A stretch of 64,000 nt of DNA, taken from the NCBI RefSeq assembly GCF_009914755.1, contig NC_060936.1; one strand, given 5' to 3'. The notes beneath the pieces are model-generated. The model was given only the letters and a program-made list of their open reading frames with translations. It was not told where the DNA came from and ran no database searches. Numbering within the stretch: position 1 is the first letter of the stretch; every line of letters begins with the position of its first letter. Made by a program: the position numbers and the translations under genes. Positions 1 through 16,697 of this stretch are shown in pieces. Origin of the DNA: the human T2T-CHM13v2.0 reference genome, Homo sapiens.

Positions 1-343
1 TTTTAGTACTGCCATGTCCTCTGATTAAAGTGGAAAACTACAACAGATTTAGGCAGGTCTACTCATTTCAGAACTCTAGTAGATATCCTAAATCAGGGTT
101 GAAGAGGGATTAAAAACAAATGTTTAGATTTAGATTAAAGAGCTGAATTAAGTAATACAAGATATATGTAGAGATTTATCTTTCCATTTGAGTAGCAGTA
201 AGTGGGGAAAAATGTGTGTATTTTAGTTCTTAGAATGTTGATATTTTGTAACAGTGTGATGGAGTTACTCAAAATGCCAATACATACTTAGCTTACATTA
301 ATAACTCTAATACCCAGGTTGTGGAAACTAGTTAGTTATAGTA

Positions 344-540
344 CAGGTTGAGTATCCCTAATTGAAATGCTCCAATACTGGAAACTTTTTGAGTGCCATC
401 GTAATGCCCAATGGAAATGCTCATTGGAGCATTTTGGATTTCAGATTAGGGATGCTGAACTGGTAAGTATATAATGCAAATATTCCAAGATCTGAAATAC
501 TTCTGGTCCCAACCATTTTGGATGAGGGGTACTCATCATG
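344..540. mobile_element. Tigger4a/MER46-like MITE
   Basis: TA|CAGGTTGAGTATCCC...GGGTACTCATCATG|TA: terminal inverted repeats with TA duplication. Confidence 0.75.
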
Positions 541-581
541 TATCTAGGTCATGGGAATTGATAGTTGCATTAAATTCCGTT

Positions 582-1193
<612 letters not shown>

Positions 1194-1204
1194 TCTTTTT
1201 AAAA

Positions 1205-1322
1205 TTGTTTTTATTTTTTATTTTTAAACTTTTAAGTTCAGGATACAAGTGCAGGTTTGTTACATAGGTAACCATGTGTCATGGGGGTTTGTTGTGCAGA
1301 TTACTTCATAACCCAGGTATAT
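1205..1322 (-). mobile_element. L1PA (older primate) 3'-end fragment
   Basis: ttttaagttcagg...gtgcaggtttgttacataggtaa is the typical L1PA 3'UTR terminus. Confidence 0.75.
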
Positions 1323-1629
1323 TCCATGGAATTTTTATTGGTCAGATCATAGCTGGTGTTTGGTGGTGCCATGTTTTGAGAGGGTCACAAACTGCAGCAT
1401 CCCTAGATGCAGCTGATCAGGATGTCAGAAGGTCTGAGAACCATGCCTTCTTGTTTGTCTTCTCTTTGTTAGTGTCTGTATAGTTTGGCCTTTAAAAGAG
1501 AAATCTGTGGAATGATGTGGTGGGTTTCTTTAAATATTTGAGGGACATTCAGAATGAAGAGGGAACAGATTTGATCTCTGTGGCTCCAGTAGGCTAAACT
1601 AAAACCAAAAGGTGAAGATGACAGATAGT

Positions 1630-2090
1630 AATGATAATAATTGCCAACATCATGAAGCTCTCAACTCTATGGCAGGCATTATGCTAATAGCTTTAAACAT
1701 ACCATGTTCCATAAAGCATGTAACAGCCTTCCGGCAGAAAATAATAAATGTAACAATTAATGTTTATGGAGTGCTTACTATATGCTAGTAGGTATTCCAG
1801 GAACTTGACACATACCTCCTGTAATGATCAGAAAATTGTATGAGGTAGATACTTTTGTTGCCATTTTGTAGATGAGAAAACCCTACAGAGATTAAACTTG
1901 CCCAAGTTTAAACAACTAGTAGGTGGCAGATGCAGGCAGTTCAACTCTACAGCCCAGGCTGTTAACTACTACTATAAACCATTTTTATCCCATTTTTAGA
2001 TAAAATGAGTCTTAGAGAAATGAACTTTGCCAGGTCACACAGCTAAGTACATGTCAGAGAGGGCATTCAAACCAGTGCCAATCCTATTCT
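1630..2090 (-). mobile_element. MIR fragments
   Basis: MIR core motifs (ccattttgtagatgagaaaac, aacttgcccaag, ggtcacacagctaagt). Confidence 0.6.
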
Positions 2091-2882
2091 GGTGCCTCTG
2101 CAGCAGGTAGCATTGTGTAGGCTGCTCTGTAGTCTCCTTCACTAAAGCTGTGTAGGCAGAATATAGATAACTGTCAGTCCAAGATCTGTGGGAAGTGAGT
2201 CTTACTAAGTGGACAGTTGAATAAGTTGACTTTCAAAGACTTATCACATGATGAGATTTTGTTTCTAAATTCTTTACTACAGAGCTCCATGAAGATGAAG
2301 GGCACAGTTATTTTTTTCAGTCTCTTAGCAGTTATGTCAAGGAAACCTAAAATTCACTCCACTAAAGTGAAACTCAGAGGGATGATGTGATCAGCAGGGC
2401 TTTGTCCTGACATTTTAGAGAAAGTTGAGGGGTTGTCTAAGAGGTGTCCCAAGGTCAGGCTTCAGAGTTTATGTAAGTGAGTAGGGAGCAATGGAGAGCA
2501 ATGAGCAACAGTATTCCTGCCCCCCATACTATACACCAGACCCCAAGTGGCCAGTGTCCCAGCTGCCTCCTTGACTGGGGTCCAAGGTTTGTGGATTTTT
2601 GCATTTTGCTTTTGATTCACAACCACTTTAACACTGGAAAATACTGCCTTTAGAGGACAGAGGTCTGAATCTTTGTTTCAACCCCCCATGTTGACATATA
2701 GGCGTTGACACTGTTTAGTGCTTTATGTTGGGGCAGGAGATTTGTTTTTTTACCTTGGTATTTTTCCTGTTTGTACTTTGAAATGCAACTGACAATCCAA
2801 TAGGACACTTCGCGATTTTTGTACTCTTTGTCAGTTAACTTGCTTTTTAAAACTTGAAGCAGTTTTGTTTTTATATATTTAT

Positions 2883-3196
<314 letters not shown>

Positions 3197-3974
3197 TGTT
3201 TTTATATATTTATAAGAGGTAAAGATCATCAGTCATCTGGATGTGATCACAGAGTGATGGGCAGAAGTGACATAAAAGCCTCTGCATTATCCTATAGCCT
3301 TACCTAAAGCTGGCTGAATGCTGTTCACTGTGTATTATTGCCTTCTTCATAGTGTTATTGACACAGTTGCTCATCAGGGAGAGTTCCATAGTCTAGCCTA
3401 GGTCTCTTTCTGTGGTCCTTGCTTATGACTTTTCTGTTCTCTCCTGTACATGGGATTCCTGCTGAGTCTTGATCACAACCTCCTCCTCAAAAGTGAAGGT
3501 GTTGCTCTAGGACTGTGCTGTCTGTTTTTAAAAAAGGACCAGGCTTTTAAAAAAGGAATCATTCATAAGTCAAACAGTATGTTTCAGCACCACTCTAAGC
3601 AAAGCCACAAAGTACGACTATTTGTGTTTTTCGTCTAATGGAATTATGGCTCTGTAGAAACTGTTTTTCTCAGATTTTGTGCTAGGGTTTCACCTCCCTG
3701 AGTCACATTTATTAGAGATTTTGACAGGATCCTTCTTTAGATTGAAATCTTGAGATTGACAGTTTGCCCAGCAATATGGCTAGCTGCTGACCTCAGTGTG
3801 GGATTCTAAACGTAATTGAGTGTCTTCAGTTCCTTGCCCTGAAGAGCTATCCTTTAGCTGATTCTGACCTGTAAGAATGGGACATTTCTTTACTCTGTGT
3901 AACTAAAGAAGATTTTAAAAGAGTTGGTAGGGTCCGATTCCATAAAGGAGAATTGCCCATTTTTGCATACTAAG

Positions 3975-4282
3975 TTTTTGTTTGTTTGTTTGTTTTTGAG
4001 ACGGAGTCTCGCTCTGTCGCCCAGGCTGGAGTGCAGTGGCGTGATCTTAGCTCACTGCAATCTCTTCCGCCTCCCGGGTTTAAGCAATTCTCTTGCCTCA
4101 GCCTCCGGAGTAGCTGAGACTACAAGCGTGTGCCACCACACCCAGCTAATTTTTGTATTTTTAGTAGAGATGGGGTTTCACCATGTTGGCGAGGCTGGTC
4201 ACAAACTGCTGACCTCAGGCAATCTGCCTGCCTCGGCCTCCCGAAGTGCTGGGATTACAGGTGTGAGCCACCATGCCCGGCC
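3975..4282 (-). mobile_element. AluS
   Basis: Full dimer; TSD catactaagttttt on both sides. Confidence 0.9.
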
Positions 4283-4596
4283 ACATACTAAGTTTTTTAA
4301 AGAAAAGTATAGCTTAAACAGCTTGTGAATGTAAAAAGGTTCCCATCTGGAATGAGACTGAGTTGGGAAACATTGATGGAGAGATTTAGTATTTGTAATC
4401 ATCCCGAATAGTAGAGAGAATTACATTTTGTATTGCCCTAGTCTTTCTGGGAGGGGAAAGCTTCCTGGATGTGAGCTTGAATCTTGGCTGAACTTATGAT
4501 CTTGCTGCCTACTTAACTTCTCTGTGTAGCAGTTTCTTGTTCTGTTTGGAGGTTGTAGTACCTGCCTCATAAAGTTAATGTGAGGGGTGAAAGAGG

Positions 4597-4598
<2 letters not shown>

Positions 4599-4634
<36 letters not shown>
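4599..4634. repeat. (GT)18 microsatellite inside a MIR-like fragment
   Basis: Read directly from the sequence. Confidence 0.95.
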
Positions 4635-4637
<3 letters not shown>

Positions 4638-4699
4638 GTGCTTGGAATGGTACCTGTCATGTAGTAAGCATTCAATAACTATTAGCTTTTATAGTCCGA

Positions 4700-5430
4700 T
4701 TCTGACCACTTCCACTGTTCCTATTCTGGTTCAGGCTGTCATCCTCTTTCTTCTGCATTATTACAGTAGCTTTTAGGTGGTTTTCCTGCTTTTACCATTG
4801 CCTCCTCTGTAGTTTATTTTCAACTCATCAGATCCTCTTGAAACTAAACTTAGATCAAGTTACTTTGCTCAGATCCTCTAGTGGCTTTCTGTCTCTCTGA
4901 GTCAAAATCCCTACTCCTTGTAAGGCCTTCCACAAATCCCTTCCCCATCACCCCACTCCCTCCCTCTGTATCTCGCTCATCTAATCCCTGCTCACAGTGC
5001 TTCAGGTATACTGACTTTTTTGTTATTACCTGAACGAGCCAGACACATTTCCAAATGTCTTAGGATTTTGCGTTTGTCTTTCACTTTTCTGCACTTCTCG
5101 TATATTTGCATGAATTACTCATTCATCTGCTTCAAACTTTGGCTCAAAATCACCTACTCAATGAGCCTACTTTGATCATGCTATATAAAATTGTACCTCC
5201 ACCCCAGTCCTTATCCTTTTTCCCCTGCTTTTATTTCTTCTGTAGTATGTATCTTTTAATTAATTTAAAATTTTACTTACTGATTTCATTATTATACAGC
5301 TCTCCTTTCTAGAATGTAAGCATCATGGGAGGAGGGATTTGTATTCATTTTATTTACTGCTGATTTCACTGTTGTATTCTCAGTACCTGTACTGAGAAAC
5401 AGTACCTGGCATGTTTGTTGAATGAGTAAA
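4700..5430 (+). mobile_element. L2 LINE 3' fragment
   Basis: Ends with L2-like ...cagtacctggcatgtttgttgaatga. Confidence 0.55.
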
Positions 5431-5546
5431 TTATATATGTCTATGTAATATTTATCTTTTGAAAACCAGAAAGATGAAATGACTGCTGCAGGGAAATAAT
5501 GTACTGCAATCAGTATCAAGAAATGGAAGTAAATTTTCTTTGCTGA

Positions 5547-5735
<189 letters not shown>

Positions 5736-5859
5736 TAATCCAACTTACAGAAGTTAAACTTTGAAAAAACTGAACAAAGGGTAGAGTATGTTTTTGTTTA
5801 TTAAAGCAAGTTGATTTGGTTATGTTGGGATCTGTGTGACTTATTAATTTAAATTTTCT

Positions 5860-8290
5860 AACAACCCATTCAAAGCTCTATATTCCTTTACAACTTGACT
5901 ATTTAGCTGTATCCTAGAAGTTTTGATATGTTGTATTTTTACTGTCATTTATTTCAAACTATTTAAATTTTTATTATAACTGTGGGCTTTTTGAAAGATT
6001 TCCTTATTTTGAAATATATGAGGATTTTCTAGTTATTTTATTATTGAGTTGTAGCAATAATTAAATAATTTTAGTATTTTGAAATTTGCTTTATGGCCTA
6101 GCCCATGGTCAACTTTGGTAAACATTTCACGTCTACTTGAAAAGAATGTATAATTTGTATTTGTCAGTTGTAGCATTTTGTATATGACAAGAGGGTCATA
6201 CTGATTAATGATATTGTCTGGGTATTTCAGATACTGAGAGTCATGTTAGAATTTCCCACTATTGTGGATTTGTCTGTTTATCCTTGTTCTGTAGTTTTTG
6301 TTTTGTGTATTTTTAGGCTAAGTATATAATGTTTAGAATTGTTCTGTCTTCCTAGTAAATTAGACCTTTTCTTGTTAAGAAATATTCCTTGTTATCTCTA
6401 GTAATGCTTTTTGTTGTAGGTCTCTTTCGTGTGATATTAACTATAACTGTTTTCTTTTAATTAATGTCTGCATGGTATTATCTTTTTTGATCCTTTCACT
6501 TGTGGCCTTCCTGGCTCCTTATAGTTAATGTGTGTCTTCCGTAAGTAACGTATATTTTTCTCCTATCTGATAATCTTTGTTTTTTTTTCTTCATAGTACT
6601 ATTTTTTCTATATGTCATTGTTGATATATTTGGTTTTAAACTACCACCTGACTAGTTGCTTTGTATTTGTCTCACTTGTTCTGTGTCCCTTTTCTTTTCC
6701 TCTCTCGCTCTTTTTTGGAGTATTTTTAATTTTATTTCTCCTCCTCTCTATTAGTTTAATTCTATATTATTTTATTGTTCTTTTAGCGGTCACTCTAGAC
6801 ATTTTAAGATGTATCGTTTGCTCATTTATCTCTAATGTATGTTAGTAGTTTTACCACTTTCCTGACGGTATAAGGATCTTAAACAGCTTTAGTTCTATTT
6901 ATCTCCCTCTCATCTTCTGTGCTGTTGTTGTGTACTTTGAGTTCCTCTGTATTTTAAACCTCACAAGGCATTATTATCGCTATTGTTGTTTTTATAGTCA
7001 GCGTTTATTTAGATTTACTCATATTTACCTGTTCTGTTGCTTTTTATTCTTCCTACATCTCTTAATTTTCATCTTTCTACTTGGGGAATACCTGCTAGTA
7101 TTTCATTAATACAAGTCTCTGTTGATGAATTGTAATAGTTTTTGGTCTGAATATGTCTTCATTTCAATCATTTTGCTGTGTTAGAATTCTAGGTTGGTGG
7201 GGTTTTTTTTTTTCTTCTAGCTTTTAAAGGTGTCATTTTATGGTCTTCTGGCTTCCTTTGTTTTTGTTAAGAAGTCAACTGTAGGTTTGTTGCTTCTAAA
7301 ATATGTATCTTTCTTTACTTTTTGGCTTTTAGCAGTGTTCCTACAATGCCCCTAGGTGTGGTTTTCTTTGTGTGTTTGTGCTACTTTGGGGTCAGTAGAG
7401 CTTCTTGAATTCATGCAATATTCTTTACCATTAACTCTTCGAGCATTATTTCTTTTCTGTTTCCTCTGTTCTAATTCTCTCTTCATCTGTCTCTAATCTG
7501 CTGTTAAATTCATCTACTGAGTTTTAAATTTTAATAATTTTACTTTTTAGCTGGCTTTTTTATAGTTTACAGTTCTCTTCTGAGATACTTGATTTTGTGT
7601 TTTATTTTCTTCAACACATTCAGCTTATTTTGAAGCACATGTCTAATAATTTCATTATTTGGGTATTTGTCTTATCTGTTGTTTCTCTTGTTTTTGTACA
7701 TCTCTTACCTTTTATATACCCAGTTATTTTTTATAGAGTGCCACACATTATATATGAAAAGCTGTAGACGTAATTTGAGGATCTGGATATTTTCTTCCTC
7801 CAGAAGGGATTTGTATTTGTATTTGTATTTGCTTTTGTACACAGCTAGTCTAGGACGGTTAGCAACCCAGGTTATATCAATCTAGTAGGTTGATCAAGAT
7901 GATTTGAAGCAGGATTTTGATCCTGTGATGGTTGTTTAATTCACCCTTACTTTTTTGGGGGGTTATCCTTCAGGATGCCAACTCAGAACTTAGGTGGTTT
8001 ATGAAAACCAGCTCCGATGAGCCCCAAGCTCCTATTTTTATTTCCCTTCCCTGTGAGATGTTGTTGAAAGGTATGTTTGGCTTTTGTCTTTAAGGCAGAT
8101 GATTTAAGAGAAAGCAACCCTGAATGCCAGGATCACTTCTCTGAGTTTCTGTCTTCCAGATCTTGGCCTTATATTTCCTTATTTAATTGAATCCTCTTTG
8201 ATGCCTTATGAGGCATTTTTAAACCGTTTTGCCCATATATTCTAGTTGTTCTCAGTGGGAAGGCTGATCTAAATTATTTATTCTATCATT
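5860..8290 (-). mobile_element. Old L1M-type fragments
   Basis: T-rich degenerate antisense L1 motifs (ttgaaaagaatgtata, ttaagaagtcaactgt); boundaries rough. Confidence 0.5.
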
Positions 8291-9702
8291 AACTAATACA
8301 GACTCCAGACTACCCTCTCCCTCACAATTTAGATTTCAAAATACATCCCTTCACAAATTAATGGTTATCTGGGAATGAGCTAATATGGGCCCTGGAGTTC
8401 TGTACTTCAAGTACCCCTAAAAAAGGGAAGCCTCCTTTTTCTGCCTGACTTAGAGTTAGATCTTTGCTGTTCCTTGTTTGTGCTTTTTAATTTTTCCCAG
8501 GGCTGCACTAGAGTAGGGTCTGATGTAATAGTCTTGCAGCTGACAAGGTAAGACTGTGGCTCTTTCTGCATGTATGTGCCAAGCTTTGGTCTTACGGTCA
8601 CCTTTCTTAGGATGCTATCCTCTCTTTGATTTTTTCATTTTCTTAATTTAGCATGTCTCTTCGCCACAGAGAAACTTTGTGTGTGGTTCAGAGGAACTCC
8701 TACTTTGCGCTGAGTATCATTCCTTTAGTGAGCCACTGTTTCCGATGGGAGAATACTTTCTTTCACATGTGGTGGGACAGGAGCAAAAGTTTGAGGAACA
8801 TTGGCATATATCTTCTGCCCCACCTCCATAATGTATCTACAATAACATAGTTAAGGTTCCTTGCTAAACTGTACATGTGTCTCTTTTGGGAACTTTATAG
8901 ACCCAAAGAATCTCCATCATTATCTTTGTGTTTTTCTGTGTGTCCCTTTTGGGTTTAAATGAAAAAGTGTTTGAGAAGCAATATCCCTTTTTTCCTGTTT
9001 TCTTATTCCACTGTTTCACTGAGTTTAATAGCATTAAAAGAATTTTAACACCTCACAAGACCTGGCTTCCTTCATGAATAGAAGGGGAGGGAGAATCTGT
9101 TCTCATTGGGCTGGAAGGAGAGAAAGCCTAATGCAGCACCAAACTAGGCAAGGATGAGATAGCAGATGGACTGTGGGGATTGGTCTAGGTGAATAGGAAA
9201 GGGGGACTTGGCTTGGAACTCAAAAATTTCTTTGCCTATCTGTATTGACTGAAGAACAGCCCTCTTTCTCCTTATTTTTCAATTTGTAACTCCTCAGAGT
9301 CCTCAGCTCTTGCCTTAAGTGGCAACAGATAGGAGTCTTTATTCTCTTCCCTGGCAGGTAAGATAAGGATGAATAGATACCTTTCTAACATTCAAATTGT
9401 TTCACTCAAAGCTTTTTTAAGGGAAAGATTCTTAAGCTGTAATTATACACTATTATTTTGACAGTACAAAACTTCTGGTATGTGACAGGATAAATAAACG
9501 GTTAGGGCTGCTTTGAAACTTAACCACCATGTATAACATTGTCTCTGTGAGGAAGAGTATTTCCAAATCTTAAGAGCTGGCTTTAAGATGAACTTTAGAA
9601 ACATTAGTTATTGGTAAGTTGAGGAATAGCTGCTGTTAAATAGATAATGAAATCTTGAAGAAAATCTTTCCTTGTGATTATAATCAATGTTTTCCTTTAC
9701 AG

Positions 9703-9828
9703 GGCTTCTTGTATGCATATAGTATTAGTACCATTATTAAAACCACAATGAATCTCTACATGTCCATGCAAAAGCCAATGACCAAAACCTCAGTTAAGGC
9801 ATTGTGCAGGCTTGTTGAACTTCTCAAG
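9703..9828 (+). CDS. WASHC4: WASHC4 exon about 15, [10 protein letters not shown]...LVELLK
   Basis: acag| and AAG|gtaggt; 126 nt; inside ORF 9655..9873. Confidence 0.97.
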
Positions 9829-10729
9829 GTAGGTTTTAGATTATTTTACTGCTCCATCATAATTGAGAAATGACCCAGGCTTAAATTAGGATAATCTTGT
9901 AAGGTTTGACTACATGATTATATGAGAACAGAAAATTGTGAGAAAGTACTTCTCTCTCAATTGAATAAAGGAACTAGCCATTTAAATAAATTTCTGAGTA
10001 ACTACTTATGGCTGGTCATTATATTTAAACTTTATTAAATAAAGTTAATATATCCAGTTTACACAGTAAAAAAAAAAGTTAATGTAGTGAGAGAGAAAAG
10101 AAAGAAAATGGAAAAGTTAACTTTAATATTATCAGTAAAGCTTTACTCTTGGAAGTTTTAAAAAGGTTGCATGAGTTAAAAAAAAAAAAACAGCTTGTCT
10201 ACCATTATCCATTATAGTGTTTACATGCGTATGAGGTTAGTTAACATAAGGCTATTTATTTTGTAATTTAGATGAAGTGCTGTAATCTTGTGATTTGAAC
10301 AGTGGACTACTTACAGAGGTGGTCAAATGAATTAAGAATTACAGTGCACTTATGCAAGTATGGTAACGTGTTTCTTAGCTTACTTCTGTATTAAAGAAAA
10401 AACCTGTAGGCAGGAAAGTCCAGTTAACCTTTTGTAAAAATTGAAATTAAGATTTGCTGGTAAATTTTCTCCTAATAATTGACTAGATTTGTTCAGGAAA
10501 TAAAGATTTTTCTTTTGGAGATTCTGCCTTTGGATTTTCAGCCTTTTTTTCTTTGTGTGATTTGTTTATAGATATTTTATGTTAGATTTATTTTTTATGA
10601 ACTATAAATACAGACAAGTATATGTGTATGTTAGAATATGTATAAATATGTAATACATAAGCATGGTTTTAAAAATAATAACCACTGTCCCACTTAAGAA
10701 ATACCCACTGTCCCACTTAAGAAATAGAA

Positions 10730-11231
10730 TGTTACCAATATTTTCAAATGCTGTGTTTTTTCCTAATTGCATCTCAACCTGTCCACCTCAGAGGAAACTA
10801 CTGTCCTGAATTTTATGTTTATCATTCTCTTGTTTTTCTTTTTAGCTTACCAAATATGGATGAATCAATAAAGCATTAATCGTTATATATGTTTTTGAAG
10901 TTTATATTAGTGGAGCAGTATTTTATGTATTTTTTGATCCATTTTTTTATTCAACATTTTGTTTTTTACTCAGCATTTTGTATTTGAGGGTATCCATGTT
11001 GGGATGAGTAGCACATCTATTTTCATTGTTGTGTAGTGGATAGACTTCGGGTTGTTTCCGGTTTTTGTATCATAAACAATGTTGCCATCCTTGTATGTGT
11101 TTCTTGGTGTACTTGTGCAGGAGTTTTTGTAAGGAATTATATACCTAAAGTTGGTTACTGGATTATGTGTTACGTATATGTTCACCTTTTCAAGATGATG
11201 TCACATTGTCTCTATAGACAGACTATATATA

Positions 11232-11285
<54 letters not shown>

Positions 11286-12085
11286 TCCCACAATACATTA
11301 GAAAATTACATTAGAAATAAAATTGTATTTCCAATTGACCAACACTGGTATTATCGAGCTTCATTTTTTAAAATAAATTAGTGGGTATAATTGGTTTTAT
11401 GATTTTTAATATTTAACCCCTGATTGTTAGTGATGGTAAATATCCTTTCAATTATTTATTAACTATGTTTCTTCTTTTGTGAAAAATCTGTTCATGTCTT
11501 TTCCATTTTTTTTATTGGATTGTGTGCCTTTAAAAAACAAAATCTTTCATTCATTTTGGGTCTTCTTATATCCTGAACATTAGTCACTTGTACCTGGTAG
11601 ATATTTTGTGATACATCGGCTTGCCTTTTTATTTTCTTTATAGAGACTTTTGATGAACAGAAGTGCTTAGTTTTAGTATAGTTGAATTTATCAGTTCTAT
11701 ACTTTGTAAGTTTTTTTTTTTTTTTGAGACGGAGTCTTGCTCAGTTGCCCAGGCTGGAGTGCAGTGGTGCCATCTCGGCTCACCTCAACCTCCGCCTCCC
11801 AGGTTCAAGCGATTCTGCCTCAGCTACAGGAACTACAGGTGTGCGCCACCATGCCCGGCTAATTTTTGTATTTTTTAGTAGAGACAGGGTTTCACTATGT
11901 TGGCCAGGCTGGTCTCGAACTCCTGACCTGGTGCTCCACCTGCCTCGACCTCCCAAAGTGCTGGGATTACAGGCGTGAGCCACCACGCCAGGACTGTAAG
12001 GTTTTTTTGTATCTCATTTACAAATCCCTTCCCTAGCCTAAGGTCGTAAAGATCTTCTATAATTTTGCCTAAAATTTTTAAGTTG
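10730..12085 (-). mobile_element. Old L1M fragment containing a (TA)n run (about 11225-11282) and an AluS (11711-11993)
   Basis: Antisense L1 3' motifs; Alu dimer with TSD-like tgtaag(g)tttttt. Confidence 0.65.
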
Positions 12086-12117
12086 ATTGTCAGAAAATTA
12101 TTTCTGATTCTTTTTAG

Positions 12118-12246
<129 letters not shown>

Positions 12247-12701
12247 TAGCATAAGTATGTTATCTTTTTTGTTTGTTCTTTCATTGTTTTATATGTGTTT
12301 TCTGGTTTAACCTGTTTATTCCATTCCTTCAAACATAATATGCTCGGTTATTTATCTCCATAGTATTTTACAATTTTTACTTCAAGTTATTGGCATTATC
12401 TTTACTGTGAAATTGCAGCATGTAATACATTAATACACTTCTAAAAAGACATTGCACTTTTGAAATTGATGCATCATTTAAAAAATGATTTCTTAGTAAA
12501 TTAACATGGAAATTTTAAAGTATGCCTAATACATTTGCTGTTTCTGACAGTACTAAGGGATCATATTACAGAAGTAAAGTATAAATGTCAGAAGCTTAAA
12601 TGGGGAAAGTATTTGTGTATGCTCTCTTAAATTGAATCATGGAAAAGATAATCAAGAAGTTTTTCTTCTGAGTCTTTTGTTACTGCCTCAGAAACAAATA
12701 G

Positions 12702-12902
<201 letters not shown>

Positions 12903-12990
12903 TGAGATCTGAGATTTCACAGTTCCCTTGTTACTGACCCTAGAAACCTTTGACTGCAACTTCTCTGCCTTTTTTTCCTGTCCCTGATAG

Positions 12991-13070
12991 AAAACATTTA
13001 AAGATGAAGAACTCTTTCCACTTCAAGTAGTCATGAAAAAACTGGATCTTATTAGTGAACTTAGAGAACG
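12991..13070 (+). CDS. WASHC4: WASHC4 exon about 18, KTFKDEELFP...SELRE(R)
   Basis: atag| and ACG|gtaagt; 80 nt; follows a 121-nt intron. Confidence 0.96.
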
Positions 13071-14252
13071 GTAAGTAGGACTGGGATATGCTGTGGTACT
13101 CCAAAGACAGGGTTAATAGAAACATTGATTTTCTTTTTAGCATAGCAAGAGAAGAAATAAAATTCAGATCGAGCATTAGTTCCTTTCTGTAACTTCTTTA
13201 GCATGACCAAAATGAGATTGTGACTAGGGATCATATTTATTTAGCTTTGCTTCTACAGGAAGCATGTAGCCCCTAGAAAAACTCACATGAGAAAAAGCAG
13301 TGCAACCTCAGAGCATCTGGCCGACTTTGATGCATATCGTGATTATTATGTTGGGTATCTTTATTGGACTTAAATTGCTGCATTATAACAGGGCTTCCTC
13401 TATTTGTGTGAGACTTAGCAATCCATGATACGTAGTGTTCTATGATTTTATTTTAAGACACGAATTTGAATTAACATTGTTGAATTAGTTTTTGGAAGGC
13501 TTATTTTTGTAGCTCCTTCTGGCTTTCTTGTTTTCTTTTTGTTGAGTAAGCGTAAATTTCTTGAAGGGAAATTTGAATTTTGGTTTCCAGCTGAATTAAG
13601 GTTACAGCACAATTTCCATTTAGTATTCATATTTATAACTTACTTTTTTGTTGTTCTGGAGAAGCTGACATTTTTCTTGTTATTGGCATTTAATTTTCCA
13701 CTCTTGGAAGAAATATTGAGCCTTTTTCATTATAAGATAGTTAATGATCATTCTGTTGCCCTTTAAGGTGTGAAATAGTCACTTGGCAAAGATTGTAGAC
13801 ATGTTAAGTGTGGGTTTTTTTTTGGGGCGGGGGGGGTCACAATTTTTTTTTTTAAAAGATTTTTCTTTCCAACTTAGAGTCAGGGAAAATGGAGCATGTG
13901 ATGCAAGTATTTAAGTCTAGTCATAGCAAATAATATTGAAAATGAGTTTGTTTTTATTTACCAAAACCAAAAATGGTCAATAAATGTTTATTTTAAACTC
14001 TGATATTTGAATATTATGCATATCATTTTTCAAGTATGGTTTACAAAAGCGTATGTGCAGAATTCTGACAATGTCAGGCATTGGAGTGTTTGTTACCTTT
14101 GTTTCATTTTGATAGTATTTCTTTTGTGACTTTTCTATACTATGTTGGGTTAAGTGATGTAGGGAATGCGAACTGTGTAAGATGGAACTCTTCCTTCTGT
14201 AGTAGATGTCATTCCTTTCATATTGTTTTGGGATTCTTCAGTTTTGGTGTGA

Positions 14253-14405
<153 letters not shown>

Positions 14406-14951
14406 TAATTCTATCATTTTAAAAGTCACTGTGTAAACCGTTTTAGTTTAAAATAGATCATTTGATTTAATAAACTATTTTAAAATTGACTGTTTTGTAA
14501 ACTGCATATTCATAAAGTGTTTATAGTCTGTAGTTAAATTTTATGTTACTGTTAACGAAGTTAATTTATTTAATTTCTTCCTTCATGTTCCTAATCATTT
14601 TCATTTCACTTAATTTTAGTTTATGTCATAGTAATCTGACATTTACTCATCAGCAAATTACAATGCAAAAGAAAAAATATTTTTAAGAAATATTCATATT
14701 TTTCTTTATGGAAATAAGTGTGTTTAAATGCACAAGATAGGAAAGGACTAGCGAATGTGATTTTTTTTGGGTATATTTAGTTAAAGTATATGCTTTAGGT
14801 TCTTTTTCTTTAGGAAAGTTAAGACAGTTGTGGAAAATCATTTTTCCTTCAGATCGAGGTTTTGTCTTTCAAGATAATTAACTTTTGCAGTATTGTTTAG
14901 ATTAGAGACCTGGTTTTTCTAAATTCATGTACATTTTAATTTTCTTCTTAG

Positions 14952-15140
<189 letters not shown>

Positions 15141-16111
15141 TGAAGCAGACTCACTGAGTTAAAATTATTTATAAATTGCTGGGTAGAACAAAGAACTATT
15201 TTTAGTTACAATATCACTGTTGTGCTAATTGGTCTGTAATTCATTTATTTAGAAATCACACTAGGAATTAGGAGATTTTAAATTTACTTTTGTAAATAGA
15301 TATTTTAATTTAAAGTTGTTTATTAGAAGAATGCAAATGTGAAATGGTTTTGAATGTTGAAAGCTGCTAATGGTCCAGTTAAAGCAACTTAACCATTAAT
15401 ATTTTACTGAATTTTATTTGCAGAGCTCCTGAGAGAAGGAAATTATATATTTAAAAGATTTAGTGTGTAACAAAAGTAATTTGAATCCAATATGTATGCC
15501 CCTCCTTTTGTTAAGGAAATATGTATTATAAACACTGATATCTTTAAAATTAAATTTCCATTTAGTGATATTTTTATTTGGAGGGAGGAATTAAAAATGA
15601 GGAAATTTCACAATATAATCCTACCTGGGTTTGATGAAATTGTGAAAAACTTTTTATAATTTCTTGTATTACGTATTCTTATTTAGGAAATAAAATACAT
15701 GCCTGGATAGTAATTTAGAACTCCTTGGTAGACCAGAAAAGATGATTAATTTTATTACCTTTAGCACAATGAATTTTGTGATTTTTTTTTTAACAGTTAT
15801 TACAAGGAAGCTTTTTTCTTTTCTCTCTTGCATGTTCTCATGCCCTTTCCTCCTTTGTTGCTGGTTTCCATAAATTTTATGCTTTAAGTTGCATATTCAT
15901 GTTCCTTATGATGGTACCATCAATCATTAGTTTTAGATTTTCTTTTCAAGAGTATTAACCTTAAGGTATTGGTGAAAATAAAGACTTAGAATTTATGTAA
16001 CTGCTTCTGACCAAAAAACTATTGGTTTAAAATGGAGCATAGACATGTAGGGAAACAATACAATTGCAATATCATTTTGAAAAATTAAAGTATCAAATCT
16101 TTTGTGAATAG

Positions 16112-16697
<586 letters not shown>

